Assembly (NCBI RefSeq): GCF_009834535.1
Contig: NC_045732.1
Span: forward strand, 77,810,001 to 77,874,000
Direction of reading: 5' to 3'
Length of the DNA stretch: 64,000 nucleotides
DNA from: Camelus ferus
Lineage: Eukaryota
This document shows, piece by piece, positions 37,621 through 51,634 of this stretch. The stretch's first letter is position 1. Each line of letters starts with the position of its first letter. The notes under the pieces were generated by a model. It did no database searches and was not told where the DNA came from. It saw only the letters and a program-made list of their open reading frames with translations. The translations under genes and the position numbers were made by a program.

Positions 37621-37899
37621 CTAAGCCTGACCACCCCCCCCCCCTTTGTGGGCTACGCTCTACAGCCTGGCTCCCTTGTCACTGGGAGATTCCCGGGGCC
37701 TGCCGGGGGTACATCAGCTTGTCCTGAAGGCGGCAGAGGTGAGCCCAGGTGAATATCCCCCAGGCCTTGGGTCAGCACGTAAGGAAGGGAGGAGGGTGAG
37801 AAAGAGAAACACCTCCTACTCTTGTGCTTAATCGGGGACTTTGAAACACCGACTGACATCACCTTTGCATTCTCCTGAGATCAGAGAGCAGTTCTCATG

Positions 37900-38135
37900 G
37901 ATATTTACAAATCGTTTGCATTAGTGATATAAAGCTACTCTGCAGTAGCCCCCAGAGACACAAAAAGATACAGAAGAGGGAATCACAAAGATAAGAGTAA
38001 AGTGAAAAGATTTGAAAAAGAAAAAGCATTTTAGAAGTTAAAAAAAGAAAGCACAGTCATGGAATAAAAACCTCAAGAAATTAATTAAACCACAAGTAGA
38101 TGCCACTGAAGAAGGAGTTAGTGACCTGGAAGACG
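37900..38135 (+). mobile_element. L1 ORF1-region fragment (degenerate)
   Basis: A-rich L1M-like text ending gaaggagttagtgacctggaaga. Confidence 0.5.
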
Positions 38136-38779
38136 GTGCCTCAGAAATCACCTCCTGCCCTGGTCCCCCTGGTAGCTGATGATGTTGCTCCCTCCTTCCC
38201 TGAGAGATTGCAGCAGCCCCTCCTCAGAGATCCGGGGCTCTGGATGTTCAACGCCCCTCATGCTGGCTTCTAGCCTTCCAGTGACATCAACCCCTTCCCT
38301 TCTGCCCCTTGCTCCAGGGGTGGCAGCTTCTTCCTGTACTGTCCCTGTTCCTTCAGCCCTCCGCTCCCTGAGTGACCAAGTGGGGCTCGAGGCACCCATG
38401 ACCTGCAGGGGCCTCACAGTTCGCCAGGGTCTCACCTGCAGTTGACTGGGATGAAGAGTCCACTGCAGCAAGTACCTGGGGAGCTGGAGTGGCTGCCGCC
38501 CTGGACGGTCAGGAAGGCCACGATGGCTATCAGGACTGCAGTATGGGATGACTCTTGAGTGTACCTGGGAGTGTACAGAGGAACAGATGACAAGGTCAGA
38601 TCCCTTACAAGTCACACTATGACAGCCAGAGAACTTCCATGCAGCCCTACAAAACTCTCGTACTCCCTGTACCTGCAGGGCTGAAGGTGCTGGAAAGGAA
38701 ACACAGCATTTCATTGTGAGGGTTACAGAATCCCAAGGCCCGTTGAATTCCCAGCCTCTCCACATTTCTCATATGAAAG

Positions 38780-39560
38780 GTAGAGCAGTGGTTGGAGGAC
38801 TGGGACCCTGAAACCTGGAACTGGGACAGCTGGTTGGCTGCAGTTGAAGCTGACAATTGGGAAGACCCCAGTCCCACTGAGCCTGTTTTGCCAGACGAAG
38901 TAGCCTGCCCTCCCTCCCTCGAGGACTGTGTCATTACCTCACCTGGGGCAGATGCCTTGCAAAGGGAGACCCGTCGTCCTCCAGACTCTCTGCATCCACA
39001 CCCTGTTGCCATTAGACCCATAACTGGAATCCAATCAATCACAGCTTGCTCCAGGGCGTAAAGTCTGACCAAAGAGGACATAGTTTCTACATGAATACAT
39101 ATTTTCCAGACTTGACTGAAATCTACCAAATCAACCCTATTTGAACATTTGTGGTTGTAGTTTTTCAGGGTTTCCAACTGAGTAGGTGAGCTCGGACACT
39201 CCATGTAGTGGAGTATTTGACAGAGGTGTATTTACTAGAATTTCCAGGTGGAAAGTGTTAGCACATGGAACTCGTGAATAGTTGCGCACTTCACATGGTT
39301 GGTTGTCTGAATCTTCGACCCGCTGTTGACTTGTATTTCATTGGTTTGGATGTCAGAAGTGCCGTGGCATGATGTGGAGGACAGAACCCAAAGGCTCAGC
39401 AAGAGAAGAATTTTGGAGTAGATTCATCATATTGTACCTGAACACCCTACCCTCCAACTGTGATCCAGGGATAGGTCCAGTGCTGGTCTTTCAAAGAGGC
39501 ATTGAGAGAGCTGTTTAAGCAGTAACACTAGCATCCTTGAAAATCTCTGAAAAGATCATA
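38780..39560 (+). mobile_element. Degenerate ERVL/MaLR internal (gag-like) fragment
   Basis: Motifs gggaccctgaaacctggaactgggac, ccattagacccataactgg, gtggaggacagaacccaaaggctcag and ctagcatccttgaa resemble the ERVL/MaLR gag consensus as recalled; no intact ORF. Confidence 0.65.
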
Positions 39561-39805
39561 GTGCTTCTAGGAAGGAAATAGTTGGGCAGCCTGCTACAGT
39601 GCTTCTTGATGTATGTAACTCTAAATGCTCTAGGTCTGTGACCCAATTACCTGACTTCAGTGCCCCAGTGGAGAGTCACAGCTCCTTACCCAGTTTTCAG
39701 GCCCAGAGCCCCCCAATAGAAGGGGAGGCTCCCTGGGAAGGGAATTGGAGGAGTGTACACCACAAATCTTCTGGAACCTTCCTAAAGGAACCATTCACTA
39801 AAGTG

Positions 39806-40455
39806 ACAGGTCGTCCTGGAGAAGAACAGGTGTATCACACTTGCCAAGTGACAATGGAAGTCTTCATTACCTTCCTACTGTCCCCATCTCCAGAAGCATT
39901 TGACACCTCTGCCAGACACTTAGATCCCTTGTGACATGAGCACTAACTGTACACTTCTCTGTATAATATTCTTGGCGGCGGGGGGAAGGATTCGTGGTTT
40001 AACTCAAAGCATATCAGAGGCATACTCAGGCTCTGTAATATAGTGGGCGGGGAAAGAACTGTGCGTGAGGGGGCGTTCCACGTTCTGGTCCTTGGGATGG
40101 TGGAAGCCCCCAGGAGCAGGGATCAAGGCAGTTCTTAGCGGCCAGGACTGGCGCGCGGCCGGAGGAGTGACAGTGGTCCTTTGCCATCTAGGTCGGGTTA
40201 CTACCCTTCTTTTCCCCTTCTCCAAGTCACCCTGGGGAGTATAACCTCTTTTCTCTGCCTGGTCAGGGGGGCTCAACGGTGCTCATGGAGTCCCCCGGAC
40301 CTGGATTTTGGTCACAGCTTCTCTAAGGCGACTTCAAGCGGGAGGCCGCAGACCGCCTGGGGCTGGCGCAGGCCACGCCCCCGGCCTCCAGGGATCGGGA
40401 CTAGGCATAGGGCTCAAAGGGAAGTAGACTCAGGACTCTCTGGTTAGGGCGGGAG
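39806..40455 (-). repeat. Diverged outer inverted duplication, right copy (partner ~223-918)
   Basis: See left copy. Coordinate sums of the matched blocks drift smoothly (40666 to 40724), so the homology is collinear and inverted. Confidence 0.85.
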
Positions 40456-40717
40456 ACGGGGGCGGGGGGACGGGGGCGGGCCTCCCGCCCTGGCCTCCAG
40501 GTCCACAAAGGAACGCGGGCAAATTCTGCAGCATGGCGAGTCCCCGCCGGGCTCTGGGACGCAGGGGGTGGCACAGAGGGTGTGTCCCGGGCCTCGCGAC
40601 CCCCAGAAACACGCGCGCGGCCACCGTGAGCACCACTCGGAGTATTTTCCTTCTTTGAACTCTAGGAACCTACGTGTTTCACAATTACGGCAAAGCCTTG
40701 GGCAAGAGTTGCACGCC

Positions 40718-40994
40718 CAAGATGGCCAGCCGGAAGCGGACTCCCCGCGCCGATGTGGCGACGCTCCATTCGCCAGCTGGTCGCCCCCAGTAGGGTACCC
40801 AGCCGCCTCCCTGTTCTGCGCATGTAGCCACCCGCGCCAGCACGCAGGCGCAGAACGCCGCTGCATCTATGGTCCGAAAGTGTGACAGAGCGTCCACCTG
40901 CCCTAGCCCCAGACTCTATGGTTTCTACGCGTTAAGATTGGCCGCCTATATAAGGCATGCTCAGAGGTAGGAGCGCCTCTTTCGCTTCCGCGCG
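40718..40994 (+). promoter_or_regulatory. RPL10: RPL10 promoter and non-coding exon 1
   Basis: YY1-like CAAGATGGCC 40718-40727, ETS CCGGAAG 40730-40736, NRF1-like TGCGCATG ~40817, TATATAA 40947-40953, TCT/5'TOP CTCTTTCGCTTCC ~40977, donor GCG|GTGAGT at 40994. Confidence 0.85.
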
Positions 40995-41122
40995 GTGAGT
41001 AGTCTTGGGTTCTGGCTTGATACGTGTCCTTGGTGTTTCTCTACCCTAGTTTGAGGCCTGTCTTCGTCTTTTCTTCCGACTTTTTCTGTTTCGTTGCAGC
41101 CACAGAAGATCCTGGTGTCGCC

Positions 41123-43471
<2,349 letters not shown>

Positions 43472-43508
43472 GAGCCTTGGCGCCATTCCCTCCTTCCTCA
43501 CAACCACC

Positions 43509-43514
43509 AATAAA
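43509..43514 (+). terminator. RPL10: RPL10 polyadenylation signal (second AATAAA at 43740-43745)
   Basis: AATAAA 38 nt after the stop codon. Confidence 0.85.
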
Positions 43515-45172
43515 TCCTACTTTCCTGTCCATCTGTCTGCCTCTGGATTCATAGTGGGTGGGGAGCCTCTGGGTCCGTTCTCTTCAGAACAAGGGTGATA
43601 ACGAGGCTGGCCAACTAGTACTTAGCAGAGGCAGTGAGGTGATAAACAAGAACCAGAACTAGCAGCTTCTCAGTTACATCCTTGAAACCTGGACTCCATC
43701 TGAGGCTGTAGGTTCTAGTCTCCATGGAGCATGGTGCTTAATAAAGTGCCCCACCCTGGGTATTGAGAGGGCTTGTGGCCTAATGCTGGCCCCAGGCTCC
43801 TCTTCTCCAAGGGTCCCAGACAAGAATAGGCGCATCCACTGGAAATGGGAAGAAAGGAGACCGGACATGGTCCTGGCCATATTGTCACCTTTCAGGATGG
43901 GCCATCAGTAACCCCTGAGTAAACATGTTTGTCTGGGCTTGACCGCATTTCCCTGTCTTCCAGAGCTGTCAGGAAACCTTGACCCACTGCCCTGACCCTA
44001 ACCCACCACCCCTTCTAGGGCCTCATTCCCAGGCCCCTTATCAGGGCTCCTGACAAGCAGCAGCTCTTGTGGCTGAGATGGCTGTAGGGCTTGGCAACAA
44101 GACCTTTCTGTGTAGGACCCTCCTCATCTTGGGGAACCAACTTGTGTTCCTTGGCTGCTCTGCAGGAGCAGCTCAGGCCCAGAGTGCTGGGCCCTGTGGG
44201 ATGGCCTGAGGCCGTGAGTCCAGGACAACTTCACTTCGAGATGCTTCTAAATCAGATAATAACTTGCACTTAAAAGGCCTTGATGTCCCACTAGCTGTCT
44301 AGCTGTCTTTACTGTACTGTTTTCTGGAAAATGGAGTTGGGGAGGGAGGGGTTCTGTGATACAACCTAAACTGTCATTTTAACAGGTATATAGCCTACCC
44401 GGGAGCCCCTCTCCCTGGGGGACCATGTGTTCACACAATAGCTATTACAGTTACATGGTAACTGACTTCTGTAGATATTTTGTGTCCACTTGTACCCTTG
44501 GTAAGCAGCCTCCAAGGCAGTGCCTAACAGCACTGGTGGGCTTGACAGACCAGGGCTTTTGGCAGCTAGTTGGATCTCAATGAGCTTAAACTTCCTGTAG
44601 TCTGCTAATTTGTGTGTGTGTGTGTGTGTAAACCGCTTATCTCCATCCTTGTCTCTACTGCGGTCTTAATATTTATTCATATGAATCCTGTGAGGATAAA
44701 AAGGATGGCATATCTACACATGTAATATGTAATCTCTCTCCAACCTAGCACTTTGTTCTCAGTGTGTATGGTTGTTCTCAGTGTGTATGGGTTTTCTCGT
44801 CATACAATAAACTCTCAATCTGTTGCGATGCCTTGTTCTGAGCCCTGCCCTTCAGCCAAGATCACCTCCAGAGCCATCTTCTGGTCCCCTGCCCTGGAGC
44901 CTGTGTTTAGTCACTGCTACCTGAGGGAAGAGTGGGTGGCATGGGTCCAGCCTCAGGGCATCTGCCTTCCCCTTCCACAATCTAATGTCAGGCACAGGCC
45001 CACCCAAAGAACACAAGGCAAAGTGAAGGAAAGGCAGGAGAGGCTTGCGTTCCTTCCGATGGGGCAGGGCTGCCCTTGAAGCCCCTTAGGAGCCGCCTTG
45101 GCCCTGGGCGGGATGGGCAGCGGAGGTGGGCAGTGGGGTGGTTGAGTCCTTTTCTGTGGGGGGGAACCTTCA

Positions 45173-45278
45173 TTTTTTTTCATTTTTAATATTTTTATTT
45201 GTTTTTAACGGAGGTACGGGCGATTGAACCCAGGACTTTGTGCGGGCTAAGCATGCACCCCTGAGCTAACCCTCCCCC
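45173..45278 (-). mobile_element. Vic-1-like SINE in the DNASE1L1 3' UTR, same sense as the gene
   Basis: Minus strand GGGGAGGGTTAGCTCAG...GGGTTCAATCGCCCGTACCTCCGTTAAAAACAAATAAAAAT. Confidence 0.85.
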
Positions 45279-45335
45279 CGGGTTTGAGTCCTGAAGGCAG
45301 CATCGCCCAGGGCTGGGCAGCAGGTACGGGTGGGT

Positions 45336-48071
45336 TCAGGCCACCAGGCCCAGCTGTGGGGGCAAGAGTGGCAGCAGCAGCAGCGATGGCAGCAGCACCG
45401 TGGCCAGGCTGAGGCACGGCAGCCTGTGCGCCGCCCGGTTCAGCTCCACCTCCACAGGGTAGTGGTCGCTGATGTTGAGGGCCTGAGGGGGCAGTGGGAC
45501 ACAGCATCAGTCTTGCAGCTGGGGGGCTTCCCTGTGACCCTGTTCTGGCCTCGCCCATTACCTCCTCCTCGGTGAGCCCAAAGCTGCGGGGGAAGTGGAA
45601 GGCAGCTGCGGAGCGCAGCAGGCCCTGGCAGCGCTCCCCGTGCAGTACGATGCGGTCGTAGGTGCAGTGGGTGCTGGCCCGCACTGTCGTGTCCACCCCA
45701 TCCGCAATCGCCCACTGGAAGCCTGACTGCGTCCGGAGGACTAGGGAGTCCAGGCGCTTTTGGGTCAGTGAACCGCAGTCAGCATTGAAGTCCCCAAGCA
45801 GGATCACGTCCTGGAGAGGGAAGCAGAAGTCCGGCCTGACCACCCGGCCATCCTTTCCCCATTCCTCCCAGACAGTCTGCCCAGACGTACTTTGCTTTGC
45901 CAGTGCTGGGAGGCATCCAGAAACACGTCGTACAGGGCATTCAGCTCCATCTCCACAGCCTTCGGAGTGGTGTGCAGCGGGACCAGCACCAGGCTGGGAA
46001 GGACTGCAAGGCCCCAGGGACAGGGGGCTCCCACCTACTCCTGGCCCTTCTCTGCCCAGTCTGCTCTGGGTGACCGAGCCCCCGCTAGGACCAGCCAGAC
46101 CCCCCTTCCCCCCTCTCCTACCCTTGCTGGGCAAAGAGAACTGGCCAACAAAGGGCTCCCGGGCAAAGAGGTCATCCTTATCATCGTACACATAGGAATC
46201 CAGGACCTGCGTCTTGTGAGACCTAGTGGACCAAGGGACAAAAATCAGCGGCCCTGTGTCACAGAATGTGGTTTGCAAGTGCCAACACCAGAGCTGGCAC
46301 TCAGGGAGGGGGCCCTCCATCAGCAGCTCCATTTCATGTGGGCACAGCCTTCCTAGCCTTTCTGTCTAGAACTTAAAAAAAGTTGAGATAATTCACCTAC
46401 TGTAAAATTCACCTGTTTAAAAAGCACAATTCAATGGTGTTCAGTCCACACACAAGGTTGTGCAACCATCACCACAATCAATTTTAGAACATTCTTATCA
46501 CCCTAGAAAGAAACTCACACCCATTAGCAGTCCCCATTCCCCTCCCGCTCCGCCCCTGGAGGCCCCAATCTGTTTCCTGTCTGTAGATTTGCCTATTCTG
46601 GACATTTCATATGAATGGAATCAAATAATATATAGTCTTTGGTATCTGGTTTCTTTCCCTAGGCATAGGTTTTCCAGATTCTTCCATGCTCCAGCATGGC
46701 TCAGTACTTCACTCCTTGTTAGGCTGAATGATATCCCACCGTATGGAGACCACCTTTTGTTTATCCAGTCATCAGCTGATAGACACTAGATGTTTCTGCT
46801 TTGGGCCTGTCAAGAGTGGTGCTGCTGTGAGCATTCCTCTGTGGACGTATCTCTGGTTCCCCCATCACTTAGGAGTGAACTCTAGACATTACATAATTTC
46901 ATCTGTATCTGGAAACAGGTCTCCTTCCACTACTGCCACCCTTGGCGTCTTGATCCTGACTCCCCCGGGCTGTCCTCCCAGGGACTTAGGGCTGTTTCTG
47001 TAAAACCGGCTCTGCCTCTTCCCAGCAGCTGCAGCCAGCCACTCCCCAGGAGGGGGCCGGCCTCGCCCTGAGCCCCAGTGGCTTCCGCAGCAGAGAGGCA
47101 GAGGGGCCCCACATCTGTGCGTGGAGAAGGAAGGCCTTCCGCTGTAGGGACATGTGGGCACCAAAGCCATCTGGGATAGAGAAGGAAGATCCCAGAATAA
47201 AGCCATTGAGGAGGAAAAGGGTGATGAGAAGGTAAGAGCCCCCCTTGGGACAACTGCACCATCTCACACTGGGCCAAGCGCCACGTCTGCCCTGGTCCCT
47301 ACCAGTCCTTACCGGTAGATGTACACATACTTCTCCTTGTATGTGCTGCGCCCCAGCAGGGGACTGCTCAGGGAGCTGTAGGGCCCAGAGTCATCCAATC
47401 TGCCGGGAAAGGGGAATCCAGGATCAGCAGCCCTGTGGTTCTGGGGCTGGGGGCCCAGTTTATACCCACAGAGCCTTCCTCACCGATTGAGCTCTCGAAG
47501 CAGAAGGGGGATGGCACTGCCAGTCGGGTCCACCACCTCCTGGAGCACCATGATGTCACAGCGAGCCAGGATCTGCAGGACACCGGAAAGGCCAGCCCCA
47601 CTCAATGCCAGGCGCCCTGGGAGAGGGGTGGTGCCCCTGGGGAACTGGCACTCTGGCTACAGCCTCAAGAGAGCACTGAGGCTAGAAAGGACCTGGGTTA
47701 AGGCTGGATGCCATCCCCACCACATTGCACCCATTTTTACAGAGGAGGAGACTGAGGCCAACGACGGGGAAGGAATGTGCTCCACACATCCACACCTGTG
47801 TCTCTTGATGTCCTCTCTTCTCTGGGGCATGCCCCTTGTCAGGCAGGGTGAGGGGCTTGGGGTCATGGTCCTTAGGGGCAAAGCTTCCCTCCAGTGATGA
47901 ACCTACCAGAACTAAGGTGTCCATCACAGGCTCCCTGGCCACCTTGGGAAGCGTCAGCCGCTGGGCATTGAAGGCGCAGATGCGAAAGGCCTCAGCCCCA
48001 CTGGCCAAGAGGAGGAGCAGGAGCAGTGCATGGCTGTGTCCGGACTGCTGGAACCCTCCAGAGGAATCCAG
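45336..48071 (-). CDS. DNASE1L1: DNase X / deoxyribonuclease-1-like 1, 316 aa if initiated at CUG 48071
   Basis: Exons 48071-47907 (acceptor 48077), 47572-47484, 47399-47313, 46222-46122, 46003-45891, 45810-45562 and 45482-45336, all GT-AG; 951 nt in total. Signal peptide ...[14 protein letters not shown]|FRICAFN; motifs VLQEV, PLHTTP, GDFNAD, YDRIV and SDHYPVEV; hydrophobic GPI-type C-terminus. Gene identity is certain; the start codon is inferred. Confidence 0.95.
46380..46850 (-). mobile_element. L1M 3' fragment in a DNASE1L1 intron
   Basis: ttgagataattcacctactgtaaaattcacctgtttaaaaagcacaattcaatgg... is a typical antisense L1MB-like 3' end. Confidence 0.8.
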
Positions 48072-48272
48072 GTTGCCCTAGACTGTGGTTCCAGTCAGAC
48101 TCAGTTCTAGTTCCAGAAGGACATGGTAATATGTGACAGAGAAAGTGACACTCACCATGCTGCCCAGCACCAACCTCCCAGAGAGGCCAGCATCACAGAT
48201 GCCCTGCCTTTCTCCCTTGAGGACTGCTTCCAACATCAGCATGTGTGGTTCAAGCTCATTCTTTTTGATCAT

Positions 48273-49090
48273 AGTAAATTACACACAGCATCACATTTAC
48301 CGTTTTAACTGTGTTTAAGTGTATTGTTCGGCGGCATGAAGTACATTCACACTGTTGTGCAGCCGTCACCACCGTCCATCCCCAGAACCCTTCATCTCCC
48401 CCAACTGAAACTCTGTCCCCGTTAGACATGAACCCCCTCCCCCAGCCCCAGGCCCCCACCCTCCCGCTCTCTCTCTAGGGACCTCATAGAAGTGGAATCT
48501 ACAGTGTCTGTCTGCATCTGACCGGCTGATTTCACTGTCCTTAGGGTCCATCCGTGTTGTCAGAGGTGTCAGAATGTCCTTCCCTTTTCATTCTAAATAA
48601 CAGCCCACTGTATGGATGGACCGCATTTTGTTTATCTGTTATTTATCCATCGATGGACACCTGGGTTGCTACCACCTTTTGGCTACTGTGAATAATGCTG
48701 CTGCGAACTCAGCTGTACAAGCAGCTCTTTGAGACCCTGCTTTCACTTCTTTTGGTTAGATACCCAGAAGTGAAACTGCTGGATCATATCATATAATAAT
48801 CTTATATATTTGTTGAGGACTGCCATAGTGTTTTCCACAGTGACTGCACCATCTTACATTCCCACTAGCAGTGCACAAGGGTTCAACCTTAGCATTGATT
48901 CCAACTTTTCACCACCATTCACAACTAGGAGGACCATCTTCATTATGAAGAAAGTGATTGTACCAATATCTCTTCAAGCTCTCTCCCCACTTGGGAGATG
49001 TCTTTAGGACAAACTCCCAGCAGTATATTTGCTGGGTTCAAGGGCATATGCATCTAAAATGATCTTGAATACACCAAATCACCACACTGC
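48273..49090 (-). mobile_element. L1M 3' fragment upstream of the first DNASE1L1 coding exon
   Basis: gtaaattacacacagcatcacatttaccgttttaactg...atacccagaagtgaaactgctggatcata; boundaries approximate. Confidence 0.8.
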
Positions 49091-49756
49091 TGTGCGTGAT
49101 GGGGCTCCTCTCTCAAGTCCCACGACCACTGGACCTACTTGTCCATCTTACCAGCTGGAGCCCCATCTTCCTGAGCGTCTCTCTCAGTCTGTCTTTGTCT
49201 TGGGCTCAGCCCGTCGCTGCACTCACTGTTGGTGCTGCTCTTGCTTAGAGACATAAGTCCCTCTACTTCTGTCTGCCTGGTTTTCCCTGGTACCTTGTCA
49301 CCTTTCCCCTTGGGCTGACTTTCTGCCTCCATCAGGCTCTGCATGCCTCTGTCTGGCTCGGTCTCTCTTCTCTTTTCTCCTCTTTGTCTCTGTCATCGTG
49401 TCTCTGTGTATGTCCTTCACTCTCCTGACTGGATTCCATACCCGTTTCTCCCCAGCCACCTGTTCTGTCATTCATGCTAGTTCGGGTCCCCTGCCCTGGT
49501 GCCCTATTCTGGGATGGATGTGGACATTTGGGCAGCCCTGTGCTGGGCACGGCAGGCTGGGAAGCTCTGGGGCCAGGGGTTCCCAGGAGGGCGGAGGGGA
49601 AGAACTAGACAGTGACTGTTCCTAAACTCAGCCCAAAGCCGGTTGGGGCTTCCAACACCAGGCCTTGCCCAGAGCCCTGGGATTCCCTTCCCCTTTCCCC
49701 CCGCCCCCAGGCTGAGGGCAACTTCCTCCTTCTCTCTGTCCAGTGGGCTCCCATAC

Positions 49757-49829
49757 CTGTGCAGACCAGGTTGTCTCCACGCCTGCCTCTGCTGTAAGCG
49801 GATCGCGACACGCCACGGAATCGCTGCGC
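49757..49829 (-). other. Candidate 73-nt non-coding 5' exon of DNASE1L1
   Basis: Polypyrimidine tract with CAG acceptor at 49830 and donor CAG|GTATGG at 49757, in a CpG-rich segment; no transcript evidence. Confidence 0.4.
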
Positions 49830-50673
49830 CTGCTTGGGCAGAGACCAGAGTGAAAAAGAGGAACAGGCTGTCATCCTGACCCATCCGTCCGGGCCAGGCT
49901 GGCCGCCCCACCCTTCCCAGCAGGCAGGCGCGGCCCTGGCTCCGCCCCGACGCCCGCTGGGAGGCCAGGCGCCCTGCCTGGAGACAGACGACCTGCCCGC
50001 CCACCTTCCCACCAGACCCCGCCTTCCGCGGCCTCTAGGACTGGGCACGCCTGGAGGCCCGGCGGGAGGGGGATTTGGGCAGATGACAGACCTGTGAGTC
50101 AGAGTTTGCCTGTGCCAAGGGCGCGCGGCAAGGAGGAGCTGGCGCCCGAGTGCAAACCTCGTTCTGCGCTTTCCCAGGCCCAGCGGTCAGCCCCTGTTCC
50201 CGGTCGCCTCCAGGCAGTATCTGCTGGGGAAGACGCCGGAGCTGGAGCTCGAGCCAGGCATACGGAAGCCCCGCAGCGAGCCTGGGCACCCCCGAGAACA
50301 AGAGCCTTTTCTCCAGGTATTCAGGCCGGGCCTCAGTGTGGCTGCACACTCCCGAGCGCTCTGGATACCCAAAGTGAGCGACCATCCGCGCTGGAACTGA
50401 CCATAGTGGTGGAAGTCAAGGGCGGACTGAAGAACTGTACCCGAGAGGAGATTAGAGAGCGGGCAGCTCAGTGCCCTGTGGGGTCCTATACTGTCGCTGT
50501 TGGGACAAGTGGGGGACTCGGGCGGGGTTTGTGGGCGGGCAATGGGTCTTCACTGGATGGTTGTAGTTCGGTCTTCAGGGCAATGTCCCCGCTGGCAGGA
50601 CCTACACGCTAGTGGATTGGGGGTGGTGATGAGCAGAAGGTCGGAAAAGAGTTTTTAATCAATAAAATTATGC

Positions 50674-51550
50674 TGGTGCAGCCATTATGGAAAATAGCAT
50701 GGAGATTTCCTCAAACAAACTAAAAATAGACTTATAATATGATCCAGCAATCCCACTTCTGGATATATATATCCAGAGAGAACCTTAATTCAAAAAGACA
50801 CATGCACCTCAATGTTCACAGCAGCATTATTTACAATAGCCAAAACATGGAAACAACCTAAATGTCCATCGACAGATGACTGGATAAANNNNNNNNNNNN
50901 NNNNNNNNNNNNNNNNNNNNNNNNNNNNNNNNNNNNNNNNNNNNNNNNNNNNNNNNNNNNNNNNNNNNNNNNNNNNNNNNNNNNNNNNNNNNNNNNNNNN
51001 NNNNNNNNNNNNNNNNNNNNNNNNNNNNNNNNNNNNATATGTAGAATCTAAAAAAAGACAAACTTATTTACAAGACAGAAACAGACTTACAGACATAGAA
51101 AACAAACTTATGGCTACCAGGGAGGAGAGGTGGGAAGGTATAAATTGGGAGTTCGACATTTGCAGATACTAACTAATATATAAAAAATAGATAAACAACA
51201 AGTTTATACTGTATAGCACAGAGAACTATATTCAATATCTTGTAGTAACTTATAGTGAAAGAAAATATGAAAACAAATATATGTATGTTCCTGTATGACT
51301 GAGGTATTGTGCTGTACATGAGAAACTGACACAACATTGTAAACTGGCTATACTTCAGTAAAAATATATTTAAAAAGTAATAAAAATAAAAATAAATAAA
51401 ATAAGCTACAAGGATGGATTGTACACCATGGGGAATGTAGCCATTAGTTTATAATAACTATAAATGGAGTATAACTTTTAAAAATTGTGAATCACTATAT
51501 GGTATACCTGTAACATGTATATTGTACGTCAACTATACTTCAATTAAAAA
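50674..51550 (+). mobile_element. Two nested or adjacent L1 3' ends
   Basis: tggtgcagccattatggaaaatagcatggag...atgttcacagcagcattatttacaatagccaaaacatggaaacaacc; A-rich tail ~51375-51404; second end ...tatacttcaattaaaaa. Confidence 0.9.
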
Positions 51551-51634
51551 CTATGATATTGTAAAATACATACATAGTTTAAAATTCAAAAAATTTAAAA
51601 AATAAGTAAAATTATGCTTTGCTTTATTAAAAAA

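Noticed and set aside
38148-38765. 205-aa minus-strand ORF
   Set aside because: It sits between L1 and ERVL-like debris and has no domain similarity.
40945-40955. CCTATATAAGG as a CArG box
   Set aside because: It has seven A/T bases rather than six, and its position ~30 nt before the TCT start marks it as the RPL10 TATA box.
45336-48031. DNASE1L1 as a frameshifted pseudogene
   Set aside because: All exons, splice sites and catalytic residues are intact, and an in-frame CUG in optimal Kozak context restores a full signal peptide.
50035-50385. ATG ORF as an upstream coding exon giving DNASE1L1 an AUG start
   Set aside because: The donors are weak, it would put 75 or more polar residues before the signal peptide, and the CUG model is simpler. 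It is not fully excluded without transcripts.
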